Below are positions 26,545-38,123 of a DNA stretch of 64,000 nt, piece after piece (position 1 is the first letter of the stretch; each line of letters opens with the position of its first letter). The position numbers and the translations under genes are program-made. Origin of the DNA: Planctomycetaceae bacterium (GTDB lineage: Bacteria; Planctomycetota; Planctomycetia; Planctomycetales; Planctomycetaceae); contig JBDNHX010000303.1 of assembly GCA_041688565.1 (NCBI GenBank), forward strand, positions 7,296-71,295, in the 5' to 3' direction. Below the pieces are notes generated by a model. It did no database searches. It worked only from the letters and a program-made list of their open reading frames with translations, and was not told the origin of the DNA.

Positions 26545-28920
26545 TCACTCATACATTAAAAAACCGGTGCGGCGAGTTTTAAAGGAACCCAGTTCATCGC
26601 TCCACAGGGTTTCAATTTCTCCCGCTGATTTCCCATCCATAACAGCGTCTGTCACTTTTTTGCTGCTCAGCAGTCGGTTCAGATTTTTCGTCTGCCAGGC
26701 ATCCGGATACAGGGCTTGCAGGCTGCACATCAGCTGAATTCCTGTTCGCAGCGAATTCAAAGTGTCTCGGTTTGTAATGACGATGTTGACGCCGCCGCAG
26801 GATTCACCAGAAAATTTTGTCGATGTCGGAATAAATCGCATCGGAACAAAACGAACGCCCGGCAATCCGGCAGCATTCAGGTGAGCCGCCAGTTCTCGCT
26901 CACGAATCCAGGGCGCACCAATGACTTCGAACGGAGTGTCCGTTCCGCGTCCGACAGACAGATTTGTCATCTCCAGCAATCCGATGCCAGGATACAACAG
27001 CGCCTGATTCAGACACCGCATGTTGGGCGAAGGATTGGTCCATGTAAGTCCAGTCGCATCAAACAGCTGCGAACGTTTCCAGCCTTCGACTTTGATCACC
27101 TGCAGATCCACGTCGACTTTCATTTCGCTGCGAAACATCTGAGCCAGCTCACCGGCTGTCATGCCATGTCGAACGGGCAGTGTGTGGTATCCGACAAACG
27201 ACTGGTCACCGTCATCCAGAATGGGACCCTGCACAGAATTGCCACCGACCGGGTTGACTCGATCCAGCACCACAAATCGAATTCCATTTTCCCCAGCCGC
27301 TTTCATCGCGTTGCCCATGGTGGAAACGTACGTATAAAAGCGGCAGCCGATGTCCTGAATATCAAAGACGAGCGTATCAATTCCCTGCAGACTGTCTTTC
27401 GTCGGCGTGCGAGTTTCTCCGTAGAGACTGAACACTTTCAGGCCGGTTGTCGGATCCTGCTGATCGCCGATTTTGGGGATATCAAGTTTTCCTTCCAGAC
27501 CGTGCTCCGGGCTGAACAGTGTGACCAGCGTCACGCCTTCGGCTTCGTGCAGCAATCGCACGGTGCTGACGCCATCGCGACTTAATCCCGTCTGGTTTGT
27601 AATGAGCCCGATCTTGCGGCCCTTCAGCGGCTGAAAGGCATCTCGCTGCAGCACATCGATCCCGTTCAAAACGTCTGCCGGAGCATCTTTCGACGCGTCA
27701 GCCGATGCGTCTTCGGCCGATGAATGCTCCGTCTGGTTTTTGACGGCTGCTCCGGCCAGCGTGCCAATGCGTCCGATCAGCGGATTGACGGAGCCTTTTC
27801 CATCCGGGTGAACACGATTGCTGAGAAACAGCACGAACAGATTTTGCTCAGGATCAATCCAGATTCCTGTTCCGGTAAATCCGCCGTGTCCAAACGCTTT
27901 TGAGGACATCAGGTCGCCACGGTTGGATGAAAATCCGCTGCGAGCGTCCCAGCCCGGCGTGCGTCGGCCGCGAGGAACATCCACGGCGGTGGTCATCAGC
28001 TGAAAGGTCTCTTCGTGCAGAATGGTCACGTCGCCAAGTCGGCCGCCGTTGAGCATCATGACCGCGTACTTTGCCAGATCATCGCCGGTTGAAAACAGAC
28101 CGGCGTGGCCAGCGATTCCGCCGAGCGCCCAGGCTCGCGGATCGTGAACTTCGCCCCGCATCCAGCGATCTTCCCGCTGTTGAGTCACTGCGGCGCGAGA
28201 CTTCAGGGGCTCGGTGGGAAGGTAACCCGTTTCGTTCATTCCCAGCGGTTGATAAATCGCAGCCTGAGAAAACTGATGCACATCCTGACCGCTGACCGCT
28301 TTGACAATCTGCCCGAGCACAATAAAACCAACATCGCTGTAGGTGAACTGCGTGCCCGGCGCCGCGGTTGGCTTGAGCGCATAGATTCGCGTGAAAGCTT
28401 CCTCAGGAGTGCTCTTGTAGTCGTCGATGGAATTGTCAGCAATCAGGCCGCCGGTGTGAGTCAGCAAGTGCTTGACTGTGATCGTTTCTTTTCCATTGGC
28501 CGCAAAGTCTGGAAGGTATGTTGCGACGGTCGCGTCGATGTCAATTTTTCCCGCCTGAATCAGAGCCATTACGCTGGTGGCGGTGGCGATGGGTTTTGTC
28601 AGCGATGCAAGATCGAACACGGTGTCGATTGTCATGGACGCTTTTTCGGGTGTCGTTTGTCGATAGCCGTATGCTTTTCGGAAGACGATGCCGTCACGGC
28701 GTCCGATGACAACGACAGCTCCCGGCATCTTTTCCTGATCGAGCCCTTCATTGACGACTTCATCAATGATATTCAGCTTCGCCGTGTCCATGCCCACGGT
28801 TTCCGGGACGACGACGGAAATGGGGCTCGGCGGTGCAGCGGCCTGCACTGCCTCGGCGGCAGACAGCGCGGCGGTTGCCAGAAGAGTGATCACCTGAAGC
28901 ATCGCAGCGAATCGAAGCAT
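26545..28920 (-). CDS. fusion of beta-lactamase-family serine hydrolase and DUF1343 (NamZ-like exo-muramidase) domain
   Basis: ATG at 28920 gives the signal peptide MLRFAAMLQVITLLATAALSAAEA. The N-terminal half has the SxxK motif ASLTKP, YSD and HGGFTG. The C-terminal half (GLITNQTG, LFSPEHG, FDIQDIGCRFYTY, VLDRVNP) is DUF1343. Confidence 0.8.
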   Translation of the reverse strand: MLRFAAMLQVITLLATAALSAAEAVQAAAPPSPISVVVPETVGMDTAKLNIIDEVVNEGLDQEKMPGAVVVIGRRDGIVFRKAYGYRQTTPEKASMTIDTVFDLASLTKPIATATSVMALIQAGKIDIDATVATYLPDFAANGKETITVKHLLTHTGGLIADNSIDDYKSTPEEAFTRIYALKPTAAPGTQFTYSDVGFIVLGQIVKAVSGQDVHQFSQAAIYQPLGMNETGYLPTEPLKSRAAVTQQREDRWMRGEVHDPRAWALGGIAGHAGLFSTGDDLAKYAVMMLNGGRLGDVTILHEETFQLMTTAVDVPRGRRTPGWDARSGFSSNRGDLMSSKAFGHGGFTGTGIWIDPEQNLFVLFLSNRVHPDGKGSVNPLIGRIGTLAGAAVKNQTEHSSAEDASADASKDAPADVLNGIDVLQRDAFQPLKGRKIGLITNQTGLSRDGVSTVRLLHEAEGVTLVTLFSPEHGLEGKLDIPKIGDQQDPTTGLKVFSLYGETRTPTKDSLQGIDTLVFDIQDIGCRFYTYVSTMGNAMKAAGENGIRFVVLDRVNPVGGNSVQGPILDDGDQSFVGYHTLPVRHGMTAGELAQMFRSEMKVDVDLQVIKVEGWKRSQLFDATGLTWTNPSPNMRCLNQALLYPGIGLLEMTNLSVGRGTDTPFEVIGAPWIRERELAAHLNAAGLPGVRFVPMRFIPTSTKFSGESCGGVNIVITNRDTLNSLRTGIQLMCSLQALYPDAWQTKNLNRLLSSKKVTDAVMDGKSAGEIETLWSDELGSFKTRRTGFLMYE

Positions 28921-29036
28921 AGTGTTTCTCGACGAATGAATTACGAACTTCTCCACATATGAGCATCTTTGCTTCGCGTTGACAACACAGTGACAAAGGA
29001 TGCCAGACGAACTCGAGGCGGCAAGTATTTTCGACG

Positions 29037-29178
29037 CCCCTGACCTTGAGGGGTGTTGATTTAATCACGCATTCGGCATTTTCGTTTAACGGCGAGCCGG
29101 AGGCGGAGGCGATATCGGGCACCGACGCCTGCGGCTTGCCGTTAAACGAATAAATCAACAACCCGCTTGCGTCAGGGG
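29037..29178. repeat. approximately 142-bp imperfect palindrome built from GTTGATTTA-family repeat units
   Basis: Outer arms CCCCTGAC / GTCAGGGG. Next GGGTGTTGATTTAAT / AATAAATCAACAACCC. Innermost TTCGTTTAACGGC / GCCGTTAAACGAA. It lies in the divergent region between 28920 (-) and nadC. Confidence 0.8.
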
Positions 29179-29372
29179 TTCCTACCGCCTTTGCACAAAG
29201 TTACCGTGGCAGTGCAAACCCCGCATGGATGCCCCCAAGGGAGCAAATTTGTTACAAACCGACGTCACTGTTATCCCTGGTTAACGAAATTTTAGTCACC
29301 TTCTTGACTCACCCTGTTGTTTGACCACAACTCTCCAGTTTTTCCACCAAAAAGATTTGAAGGTTCTGTTTC

Positions 29373-30254
29373 ATGCGGCCAATTTTTGATGCCGAAACCC
29401 AGGCTGCTGCGAAAGTGCTGGCTCGCATGTCATTGCAGGAGGATCTGCGGGACGTGGGCGACCTGACCTGCCTGGCCACGATTCCGGCGGATCTGGAAGC
29501 AACGGTGAACCTTGTGTCGCGGCAGACGGGTGTCGCATGCGGTCTGCCGTTGCTGGCGCTGGTTTTTGAAGAATTGCCAGGCAACGTTTCCTGGTCACTG
29601 CGGATGCACGATGGCGACAAGGTGCAGCGGGGCGATCTTCTGGCTTCGGTCACCGGGCCCGTCCGCAGCCTGCTGATCGGGGAACGCACTATTCTGAACT
29701 TCATGACTCACCTGAGCGGCATCGCCTCACGCACGGCCGAATTTGTCGATCGAATTCGAGGCACTCGAGCCGTCATTCTGGACACGCGCAAGACACTGCC
29801 CGGATATCGACTGCTGCAGAAGTATGCGGTTCGATGCGGCGGCGGCACGAATCATCGTATGGGGCTTTATGATGGAGTGCTGATCAAAGACAACCATCTC
29901 GCGGCACGTGGCGAATCCACCTGCGCGGCGGCCGTTGCTGATGCTCGAAAGTACATGGCGAAGATCGCAGCCCATGCGAAGATTGAGATCGAAGTGGATT
30001 CGCTCGCGCAGTTGCGTGATGCCCTGAATGAACGACCGGAAATTATTCTGCTCGATAACATGCAGCCTGATATGCTCCGCGAAGCCGTGGCGATCCGCGA
30101 CGCGCGCTGCCATGAGACACTGCTGGAAGCATCCGGCGGAGTGACTCTGGAAACCGTTCGCGGCATTGCGGAAACCGGCGTGGAACGCATCAGCGTCGGC
30201 AGCCTGACGCACTCGTCACCAGCGTTGGATCTCGGCTTTGATTGGCCGTGGTAG
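29373..30254 (+). CDS. nadC: nicotinate-nucleotide pyrophosphorylase (quinolinate phosphoribosyltransferase)
   Basis: LDTRKTLPGYRLLQKYAVRCGGGTNHRMGLYDGVLIKDNH, IILLDNM and ASGGVTLETV are NadC hallmarks. Confidence 0.9.
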   Translation: MRPIFDAETQAAAKVLARMSLQEDLRDVGDLTCLATIPADLEATVNLVSRQTGVACGLPLLALVFEELPGNVSWSLRMHDGDKVQRGDLLASVTGPVRSLLIGERTILNFMTHLSGIASRTAEFVDRIRGTRAVILDTRKTLPGYRLLQKYAVRCGGGTNHRMGLYDGVLIKDNHLAARGESTCAAAVADARKYMAKIAAHAKIEIEVDSLAQLRDALNERPEIILLDNMQPDMLREAVAIRDARCHETLLEASGGVTLETVRGIAETGVERISVGSLTHSSPALDLGFDWPW

Positions 30255-30300
30255 GAAAACGGCGGTAAAAAACCTCAATACGACCAGGTTAATGACTTAC

Positions 30301-30390
30301 GTGGGATAGGCTTCCAGCCTGTCATTGCGCTGCAGCAACCAGTGGGTTTTCGGGAATGAATGTCAGGCTGGAAACCTAACCTAGGTGACA
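30301..30390. repeat. interspersed repeat family B, second copy
   Basis: See 10868-10956. It is located just after the nadC stop. Confidence 0.8.
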
Positions 30391-30638
30391 TTATTCTGCC
30401 CAAATTCGGGTGGTTGCGGGAAAAGCTGAGGATATAATTCACGAAAACGATATGCCCTCGCAAAAACTGTTTTAAACACCCCCGAGCGATCCTCGCGAGA
30501 GGTTCAATGCCGGGGGATTTTTCGAAGTCGGCCCGTGTAGACGGCTGAGCCATTGACACAAGCCGTTTTATCTGCGGTAATCGCAGATCCTCAACCCTTC
30601 CCACCTCCTGATCCCGCGTTTCATCGCAGAGGGATATC

Positions 30639-33600
30639 ATGATTTACGGTCCACTCCAGCGTTTCCAAAATTGTGCGCCGCTGATTGCTGTTTGCTGGTT
30701 CGTCCTTAGGTCCACAGTCAACGGCGATGAGTTGGTGGACTTCAATCGCGAAGTTCGACCGATCCTTTCCGACATGTGTTACAAGTGTCACGGCCCGGAT
30801 GGGGCCGAACGCAAGTCGGGCCTGCGGCTGGATGAGCATGCCGGTGCCACCGCGAATCTTGAATCTGGTTCCATCGCAATCGTGCCTGGCAAGCCGGCCG
30901 ATAGCGAACTGCTCGCGCGCATCACGTCTGCCGATCAGGGCCTGGTGATGCCGCCGCCTGAAACCGGACGCAAGCTGACTCCGCAGCAGGTCGACACGCT
31001 GACTCGCTGGATTCAACAAGGTGGCGAGTACAAGGGGCACTGGTCGTTCATTCGTCCGGAACAACATTCTCTGCCGACTGTCAGTGACAATGCATGGCCA
31101 AAAAATCCGATTGACAATTTCGTTCTTGCAAAGCTGGATAAGGCCGGACTGAAGCCTTCCCCGGAAGCCGATCGAGTCACACTGATTCGCCGAGTGACTC
31201 TGGATCTCACAGGACTGCCCCCGACTCCGTCCGAAGTGGATGTGTTTCTGAAAGACACCGATCCACAGGCCTATGAGCATCTGGTGGATCGCCTGCTGGG
31301 CTCACGCGGATACGGCGAACAGATGACTCGTTACTGGCTGGACCTTGTTCGCTACGGCGACTCACACGGGCTGCATCTTGACAACGAAAGAGCCCTGTGG
31401 AAATACCGCGAATGGGTGATCAATGCGTTCAATGAGAACAAGTCGTTTGATCAATTCACTCTCGAACAGCTGGCCGGGGACTTGCTCCCGAACTCCACGA
31501 TCGATCAAAAGATCGCCACGGGATTCAGTCGCTGCAACGTATCGACCAGCGAAGGCGGGTCCATCAATGAAGAGGTTCTGGTGCGCTACGCTGTGGACCG
31601 AACGGAGACGATGTCCACGATCTTCATGGGGATGACTCTGGGATGTGCCGTCTGTCACGACCACAAATTTGACCCGGTGACACAGAAGGAATTTTATCAG
31701 CTGTTCGCGTTCTACAATGCGTCTGCGGATGCCGCGATGGATGGTAACGCGCTGGCACCACCGCCGACTATTAAAGTTCCGACATCCGAACAGACCGCTC
31801 TGATTGCCGAGCTGGACACAAAACTTTCCGGCGTGAAAGAACAGATTGCGACAGCTCTGGCAACTGTCGACTATGTTGACCCGGGAGCGGGTACGGTCCT
31901 TGCCGCACCGGAGGCCGCTGATTATGTTTGGATTGAAGACGATGCTCCCGCGGGAGCTCAGCTGCAGGGAGATTCGCCCTGGGAATTTGTCGCGGCCCCC
32001 GATCATCCGGTCTACTCCGGAACCAAATCGACTCGCCGAAAAGCGGATGGGATGAGTCAGCACTTTTTCACTGGCGTAAATCCTGGTCTGAAAATTGGTC
32101 AGGGCGACAAACTGTTCGCGTATTGTTATCTGGATCCCGCGAATCCTCCCAAAACCGTGATGCTGCAGTTCAACGACGGTCAATGGAATCACCGGGCCTA
32201 CTGGGGTGAGGACACGATCACATTTGGAGCGGGAGACGTTCCCGAGCATCGTTCAATGGGGCCGCTGCCTCCCGCCGGGCAATGGGTGCGTCTGGAAGTC
32301 GATGCAGCTCACGTGGGCCTTCCGGCGGGTGCCGAGTTGAATGGCTGGGCGTTTACACAATTCGGAGGAACGGTGTACTGGGATCATGCGGGCAGTGTGA
32401 CAAAGACTCAGCAGGGAACTCCTTTGTTTGAGTCTCAGGTTGCGTGGGAAGCGTCTGACCGATCGCTTGAGAAATCGGCCGTGCCTCAACCGGTGCGAGA
32501 TGCCATCAAGGTGGACCTGGATAAGCGGACTCCGGAGCAGTCAAAGTTGATTCGAGATCACTTCGTTCAGCTTGTGCATCCGCGGACGCGTGTTAATTTC
32601 GAGCCGCTGCAGAAGCAGCTGGACGAAATGACCAAGCTGCGAAACGACACAGATGCGGCAATTCCTGTGACGATGATTATGGCCGACCTGCCGACTCCGC
32701 GCGATACGTTTGTGCTGAAGCGTGGTGAGTACACGATGCCAGGTGAAAAGGTCGAGGCTAATGTACCAGCCGTGTTTCCACCGCTGCCAGCGGATGCTCC
32801 TCGCAATCGCCTGGGCCTGGCTCGCTGGCTGGTCGATCCGTCGCATCCATTGACGGCCCGTGTGACCGTGAACCGTTATTGGCAACAGTATTTTGGCGTT
32901 GGCATTGTGAAGACAGCGGAAGACTTTGGTCTGCAGGGACAGTGGCCCAGCCATCTCGAGCTGATTGACTGGCTTGCGGTGGAGTTCGTTGAAAGTGGCT
33001 GGAACATTAAAGCCTTTCAGAAACTCATTGTGATGTCCAGCACCTATCGCCAGTCGTCAAAGCAAACTCCGGAACTGCTGCAATTGGATCCGAACAACGA
33101 ACTGCTGGCTCGCGGGCCACGTTTTCGTCTGGATGCAGAAGTCGTGCGCGACAGTGCTCTGGCGATGAGCGGCCTGTTGACGGAGCAGTTCGGAGGCAAG
33201 AGTGTCAAGCCTTATCAGCCGGACGGAATCTGGGAATCGGTGTCCTTCGTGGGCAGCACAACTCAGAACTATAAACGCGATGCCGGGGCAGCCCTGTATC
33301 GTCGCAGCCTGTATACGTTCTGGAAGCGAACGGCGCCACCACCGTCGCTGATGGCGTTTGATGCGCCGTCACGAGAAACCTGCGTGGCTCGACGCTCCCG
33401 AACGAACACACCGCTGCAGGCACTGGTTCTGATGAATGACGAGCAGTATGTGGAAGCGTCCCGTCACCTGGCGGCGCGCATGCTGACGCAGGGCGGCGAT
33501 AACGTGGAGTCTCAGCTGACTCTGGGATTCCGCACCTGCACGGCTCGAACACCAACGGATCATGAACTCAGCGTACTGACCCGAGTCCACGCGGCTCAGC

Positions 33601-33755
33601 TGGCTCATTATCAGGAGAATCCGGCGGAAGCTGACAAGTTGCTGGTGATTGGGGAGTCGCCGAAAGCCGATGTTCTCAACCCGGTCCAACATGCGGCAAT
33701 GACCATGATGGCCAATCTGCTGCTGAATCTGGACGAAGCGATTACAAAGGAGTAG
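30639..33755 (+). CDS. PSCyt1/DUF1549/DUF1553 (PSD1) family protein
   Basis: N-terminal planctomycete cytochrome-c-like CYKCHGPDG. DUF1549 block RRVTLDLTGLPPTP. CAVCHDHKFDP is present. The DUF1553 region has FGGKSVKPYQPDGIWE...AFDAPSRE. Confidence 0.85.
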   Translation: MIYGPLQRFQNCAPLIAVCWFVLRSTVNGDELVDFNREVRPILSDMCYKCHGPDGAERKSGLRLDEHAGATANLESGSIAIVPGKPADSELLARITSADQGLVMPPPETGRKLTPQQVDTLTRWIQQGGEYKGHWSFIRPEQHSLPTVSDNAWPKNPIDNFVLAKLDKAGLKPSPEADRVTLIRRVTLDLTGLPPTPSEVDVFLKDTDPQAYEHLVDRLLGSRGYGEQMTRYWLDLVRYGDSHGLHLDNERALWKYREWVINAFNENKSFDQFTLEQLAGDLLPNSTIDQKIATGFSRCNVSTSEGGSINEEVLVRYAVDRTETMSTIFMGMTLGCAVCHDHKFDPVTQKEFYQLFAFYNASADAAMDGNALAPPPTIKVPTSEQTALIAELDTKLSGVKEQIATALATVDYVDPGAGTVLAAPEAADYVWIEDDAPAGAQLQGDSPWEFVAAPDHPVYSGTKSTRRKADGMSQHFFTGVNPGLKIGQGDKLFAYCYLDPANPPKTVMLQFNDGQWNHRAYWGEDTITFGAGDVPEHRSMGPLPPAGQWVRLEVDAAHVGLPAGAELNGWAFTQFGGTVYWDHAGSVTKTQQGTPLFESQVAWEASDRSLEKSAVPQPVRDAIKVDLDKRTPEQSKLIRDHFVQLVHPRTRVNFEPLQKQLDEMTKLRNDTDAAIPVTMIMADLPTPRDTFVLKRGEYTMPGEKVEANVPAVFPPLPADAPRNRLGLARWLVDPSHPLTARVTVNRYWQQYFGVGIVKTAEDFGLQGQWPSHLELIDWLAVEFVESGWNIKAFQKLIVMSSTYRQSSKQTPELLQLDPNNELLARGPRFRLDAEVVRDSALAMSGLLTEQFGGKSVKPYQPDGIWESVSFVGSTTQNYKRDAGAALYRRSLYTFWKRTAPPPSLMAFDAPSRETCVARRSRTNTPLQALVLMNDEQYVEASRHLAARMLTQGGDNVESQLTLGFRTCTARTPTDHELSVLTRVHAAQLAHYQENPAEADKLLVIGESPKADVLNPVQHAAMTMMANLLLNLDEAITKE

Positions 33756-33764
33756 GCCCGCATC

Positions 33765-33803
33765 TGACAATGCGATCGCCAAATTGGCGATCGCATTGTC
33801 AGC
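33765..33803 (+). promoter_or_regulatory. perfect 17-bp stem-loop between the DUF1553 and DUF1501 genes
   Basis: CTGACAATGCGATCGCC-AAATT-GGCGATCGCATTGTCAG with no following T-run, located 10 bp after the stop at 33755. Confidence 0.6.
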
Positions 33804-33890
33804 CGTTCGCGGACTTCCGTTTTCAATACCGAATATCAGGCGTTCATCTATCAGGCGCTCAGCCTGCAAAACTTATATTAGGATCGTTCT

Positions 33891-35354
<1,464 letters not shown>

Positions 35355-35417
35355 TGGGCCGGTTGGCAATGAACGAACTGTTCTCTGTGATGCACGGCGT
35401 CTGACAGGGTAAGTCTG

Positions 35418-35957
35418 TTACAGAATTCGGAGATCCGCATTGGCATCGAACGCCTTGATGCGAAAGATGGTAATCAGCGCGGCGCCGATGCTGAGAGCCA
35501 GAAAGATTACGCCTAAGCCTGTCAGCAGGGTGGTGCTGAAGGCTTCCGAAGGGAAAGCAATCCGGTCAGTAGCTCGACCAGGGTCAAAGATTGCTCGGCT
35601 AATTCCCATGGCAACAAGCCCAATCACCATGTGAGCGGCCGGCATGAATTGACTCAAAGCGGTGAAGATTGAACCAACCAACAGCCGCCACATCAATCCG
35701 GGCCATTGAGTGCAGCCCCAAAGTCCTGCAAAATAAACGGCCGCGATCCCGGCGAACAGGCCAGGCTCCGAACCGCTTGCTTTGACAAGCGGATAACCAA
35801 GAGAAAAAGGAACCGGCAGATTCAGTGCGACGGCCAGAAACCATGCGAAGTGGATGACGACAGGTTTCTGAAAAAACGTTGGCGGAGGCCCCGGAGCGAC
35901 GGCTCGTTCCAGTACGGCCGAGGCCGCGTAGGGATTCGTGTCCTGTTCTGGCGGCAT
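35418..35957 (-). CDS. hypothetical integral membrane protein
   Basis: 179 aa with 4-5 hydrophobic segments and no recognisable motif. Confidence 0.45.
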   Translation of the reverse strand: MPPEQDTNPYAASAVLERAVAPGPPPTFFQKPVVIHFAWFLAVALNLPVPFSLGYPLVKASGSEPGLFAGIAAVYFAGLWGCTQWPGLMWRLLVGSIFTALSQFMPAAHMVIGLVAMGISRAIFDPGRATDRIAFPSEAFSTTLLTGLGVIFLALSIGAALITIFRIKAFDANADLRIL

Positions 35958-36000
35958 AACTAGATAAAACCCGGTTCAAGTAAAGAAGCGTCATTTCTGC

Positions 36001-36137
36001 CCCTTCTCCCCTGCGGGGAAGAAGGTGGCCGTCAGGCCGGATGAGGGGGCTTCGGCTGCAACCTCAAAAATCATAAATTAAACAAAACACAATACAACCC
36101 CCTCACCCTAACCCTCTCCCCACGCAGGGGAGAGGGG
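36001..36137. repeat. family F hairpins (two copies)
   Basis: CCCTTCTCCCCTGCGGGGAAGAAGG (36001-36025) and CCCTCTCCCCACGCAGGGGAGAGGGG (36112-36137). Confidence 0.8.
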
Positions 36138-36230
36138 ACAAAACAAACGCCCTTCTCTCACTGCACAGGAGCGAGAACTCAGAGATCTTTACGACTCAGA
36201 TTCTCAATCGGAACCTGCTATCATCAAAGG

Positions 36231-37988
36231 CTATCTGGGCTGTTCAAGACGCGTCTTCAGAAGTTCGGGTAAATACTTCATCGGCACAGAACCATGATCC
36301 AGAACGGCTTCATGGAAGCGTCCCAGGTCAAACTCATCGCCCAGTTCGCGCTGGATCTGCTGCCGCAATCGATAATGGGCCATACGTCCCACAAAGTAGG
36401 TGCTCAGCTGCGTTGAACTCTGCTTGGCTCGAATGATCTTCAGCCGCGCTTCACCTTCTGACTGATACGCCCCTTCCGTCAGAAATGCGAAGGCTTCTTC
36501 GTCCGTCATTTCCGTGCAGTGCATTTGGTGATCAAGAATGGTGTTCGCCACCGCACGCAAATAAAACTTCAGCTGATTCAAACGCAACGGCAGACTGCCA
36601 TCGCCGTAGCCCTGATCGAGCATCATCTGTTCGGTATACACAGCCCAGCCTTCAATGAAGACCCCGGACTGCAGAACCTTGCGGATGAGTGACGGGCAGC
36701 GGTTCGAATACTCCAGCTGCACATAATGCCCTGGATACGCTTCGTGAATCGTCAGCACCTGAAGCATGTGCTGATTGTATTCTTCCAGAAAACTGCGGAC
36801 TCGATCCGCACCCCAGTCAGCTGGCGGCGGACTGACCGCATAGGAACTTGTGCCCAGTGGATCGAGCGGCAGGGCAGACTCAAGATAGGCCAACGAATTT
36901 CCCCGGCGAAATTCCGGCATCTCAATGACCTGACAACGATCGGGTTCCGGCAGTCGCAGAATGTCCTGGCGAGTGATGAACTCCTTGATCCGCCCAACGG
37001 TCGCTCGCGCATCCGCGACCAGAGCTTCGGGAGTTCCGTGTTCCTGGCTGACGGCATGCGTCACCATCGCAATCGTTTCTCGCCGTCCGGCTTCATCGTC
37101 CGGTGGCAGCACCTTGCCGGGCACATACTGGCTCCACAGTTGTCGTGACACCACATACATTTCACGCTGGACGCGGATAAATTCATTCTCCGCATCCGCC
37201 AGCACCTGATCGGCTGACATGCCGGCGTTCAGGACCAGTTCGAGCTTCTGGGAAAACAGATCCCGGCCGAGACGCCATTCGCCGTTGGCGCGAAGACGCC
37301 GACTGTCCTCAAGAAACAACTGATGCTCTTTCAAGGCCGTCACCGCCAATGCGGAGACTTTGCGAAGTTCGTCCAGCTGCGGGCTGTTACCAGCCAGTTC
37401 AAAGATTCCTTTTTCATACAGCCCGATGGCTCCGCGATTCTGCAGGATGGCCGTTTCAAGAATCGAAGGTGGTGAATCTCGCAGCGTTTCGCGAGCTGTC
37501 TTTACAATCCGCGGGATCTCGCCAATTCGCGAGATTGCGTTTTTGAGATTGGTTTCCAGCGGCAGTGTGGACTGAGTCAGCAGCGTATACACACTGTCGC
37601 TGATATAGCTGCCATAGGTTCGCGGGTCTTCTTCAAACGGACGAGTATTCTCGGCCAGCCAGATGTTTCGAATCAGCTCGTCACGAAGGATCTCAAAATC
37701 AATCTGACCGTTGCGCGACAGTCCGTCATACGGGACCGCCTCAGGCAGTCGCTTCAGCTGGATTCGATAATGGTCAAGCCACCCACGTCGGGCCTCAGAG
37801 GAGATATCATCCAGCAGATGATCAAAGCGATGGTCACCCAGCACGGTAGCTTCGAGCGGTCTCAGGCGGAACGATTCTTCAAGATGCTCATTGAAGAATG
37901 TTTCCAATTTGGGATCGGCATCCTGCGCGACGGCAGAACACATGAGACTAATCAGAACCGTCAGTGGAAAGAGTGTTTGTGTGCTCAT
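36231..37988 (-). CDS. DUF885 family protein (putative metallopeptidase fold)
   Basis: Signal peptide MSTQTLFPLTVLISLMCSAVA. HEAYPGHYVQ matches the DUF885 HExxPGHxxQ signature. Confidence 0.8.
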   Translation of the reverse strand: MSTQTLFPLTVLISLMCSAVAQDADPKLETFFNEHLEESFRLRPLEATVLGDHRFDHLLDDISSEARRGWLDHYRIQLKRLPEAVPYDGLSRNGQIDFEILRDELIRNIWLAENTRPFEEDPRTYGSYISDSVYTLLTQSTLPLETNLKNAISRIGEIPRIVKTARETLRDSPPSILETAILQNRGAIGLYEKGIFELAGNSPQLDELRKVSALAVTALKEHQLFLEDSRRLRANGEWRLGRDLFSQKLELVLNAGMSADQVLADAENEFIRVQREMYVVSRQLWSQYVPGKVLPPDDEAGRRETIAMVTHAVSQEHGTPEALVADARATVGRIKEFITRQDILRLPEPDRCQVIEMPEFRRGNSLAYLESALPLDPLGTSSYAVSPPPADWGADRVRSFLEEYNQHMLQVLTIHEAYPGHYVQLEYSNRCPSLIRKVLQSGVFIEGWAVYTEQMMLDQGYGDGSLPLRLNQLKFYLRAVANTILDHQMHCTEMTDEEAFAFLTEGAYQSEGEARLKIIRAKQSSTQLSTYFVGRMAHYRLRQQIQRELGDEFDLGRFHEAVLDHGSVPMKYLPELLKTRLEQPR

Positions 37989-38123
37989 GCGAAACAGGAT
38001 ACCTCAGCAAGGCAGACGGCAAAAGCGAACCCCGAGCGTTGCTTTGGGCTGGCATGTCGCTGGTCGGTTGAGCCGGACGGCAAAACGCAGATTGTTCGTC
38101 GCCCCAAATGCGATTCCGCCCGA

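Noticed and set aside
26716-28962. Two long + strand ORFs (26716-27585 and 28105-28962) inside the beta-lactamase/DUF1343 gene
   Set aside because: The minus-strand protein has a signal peptide, the SxxK motif and DUF1343 blocks. The + strand ORFs are antisense artefacts.
31362-32249. 295-aa ORF antisense to the DUF1549/DUF1553 gene, and 60446-61177 antisense to the membrane protein gene
   Set aside because: Same reasoning as above: the sense strands carry recognisable domain blocks.
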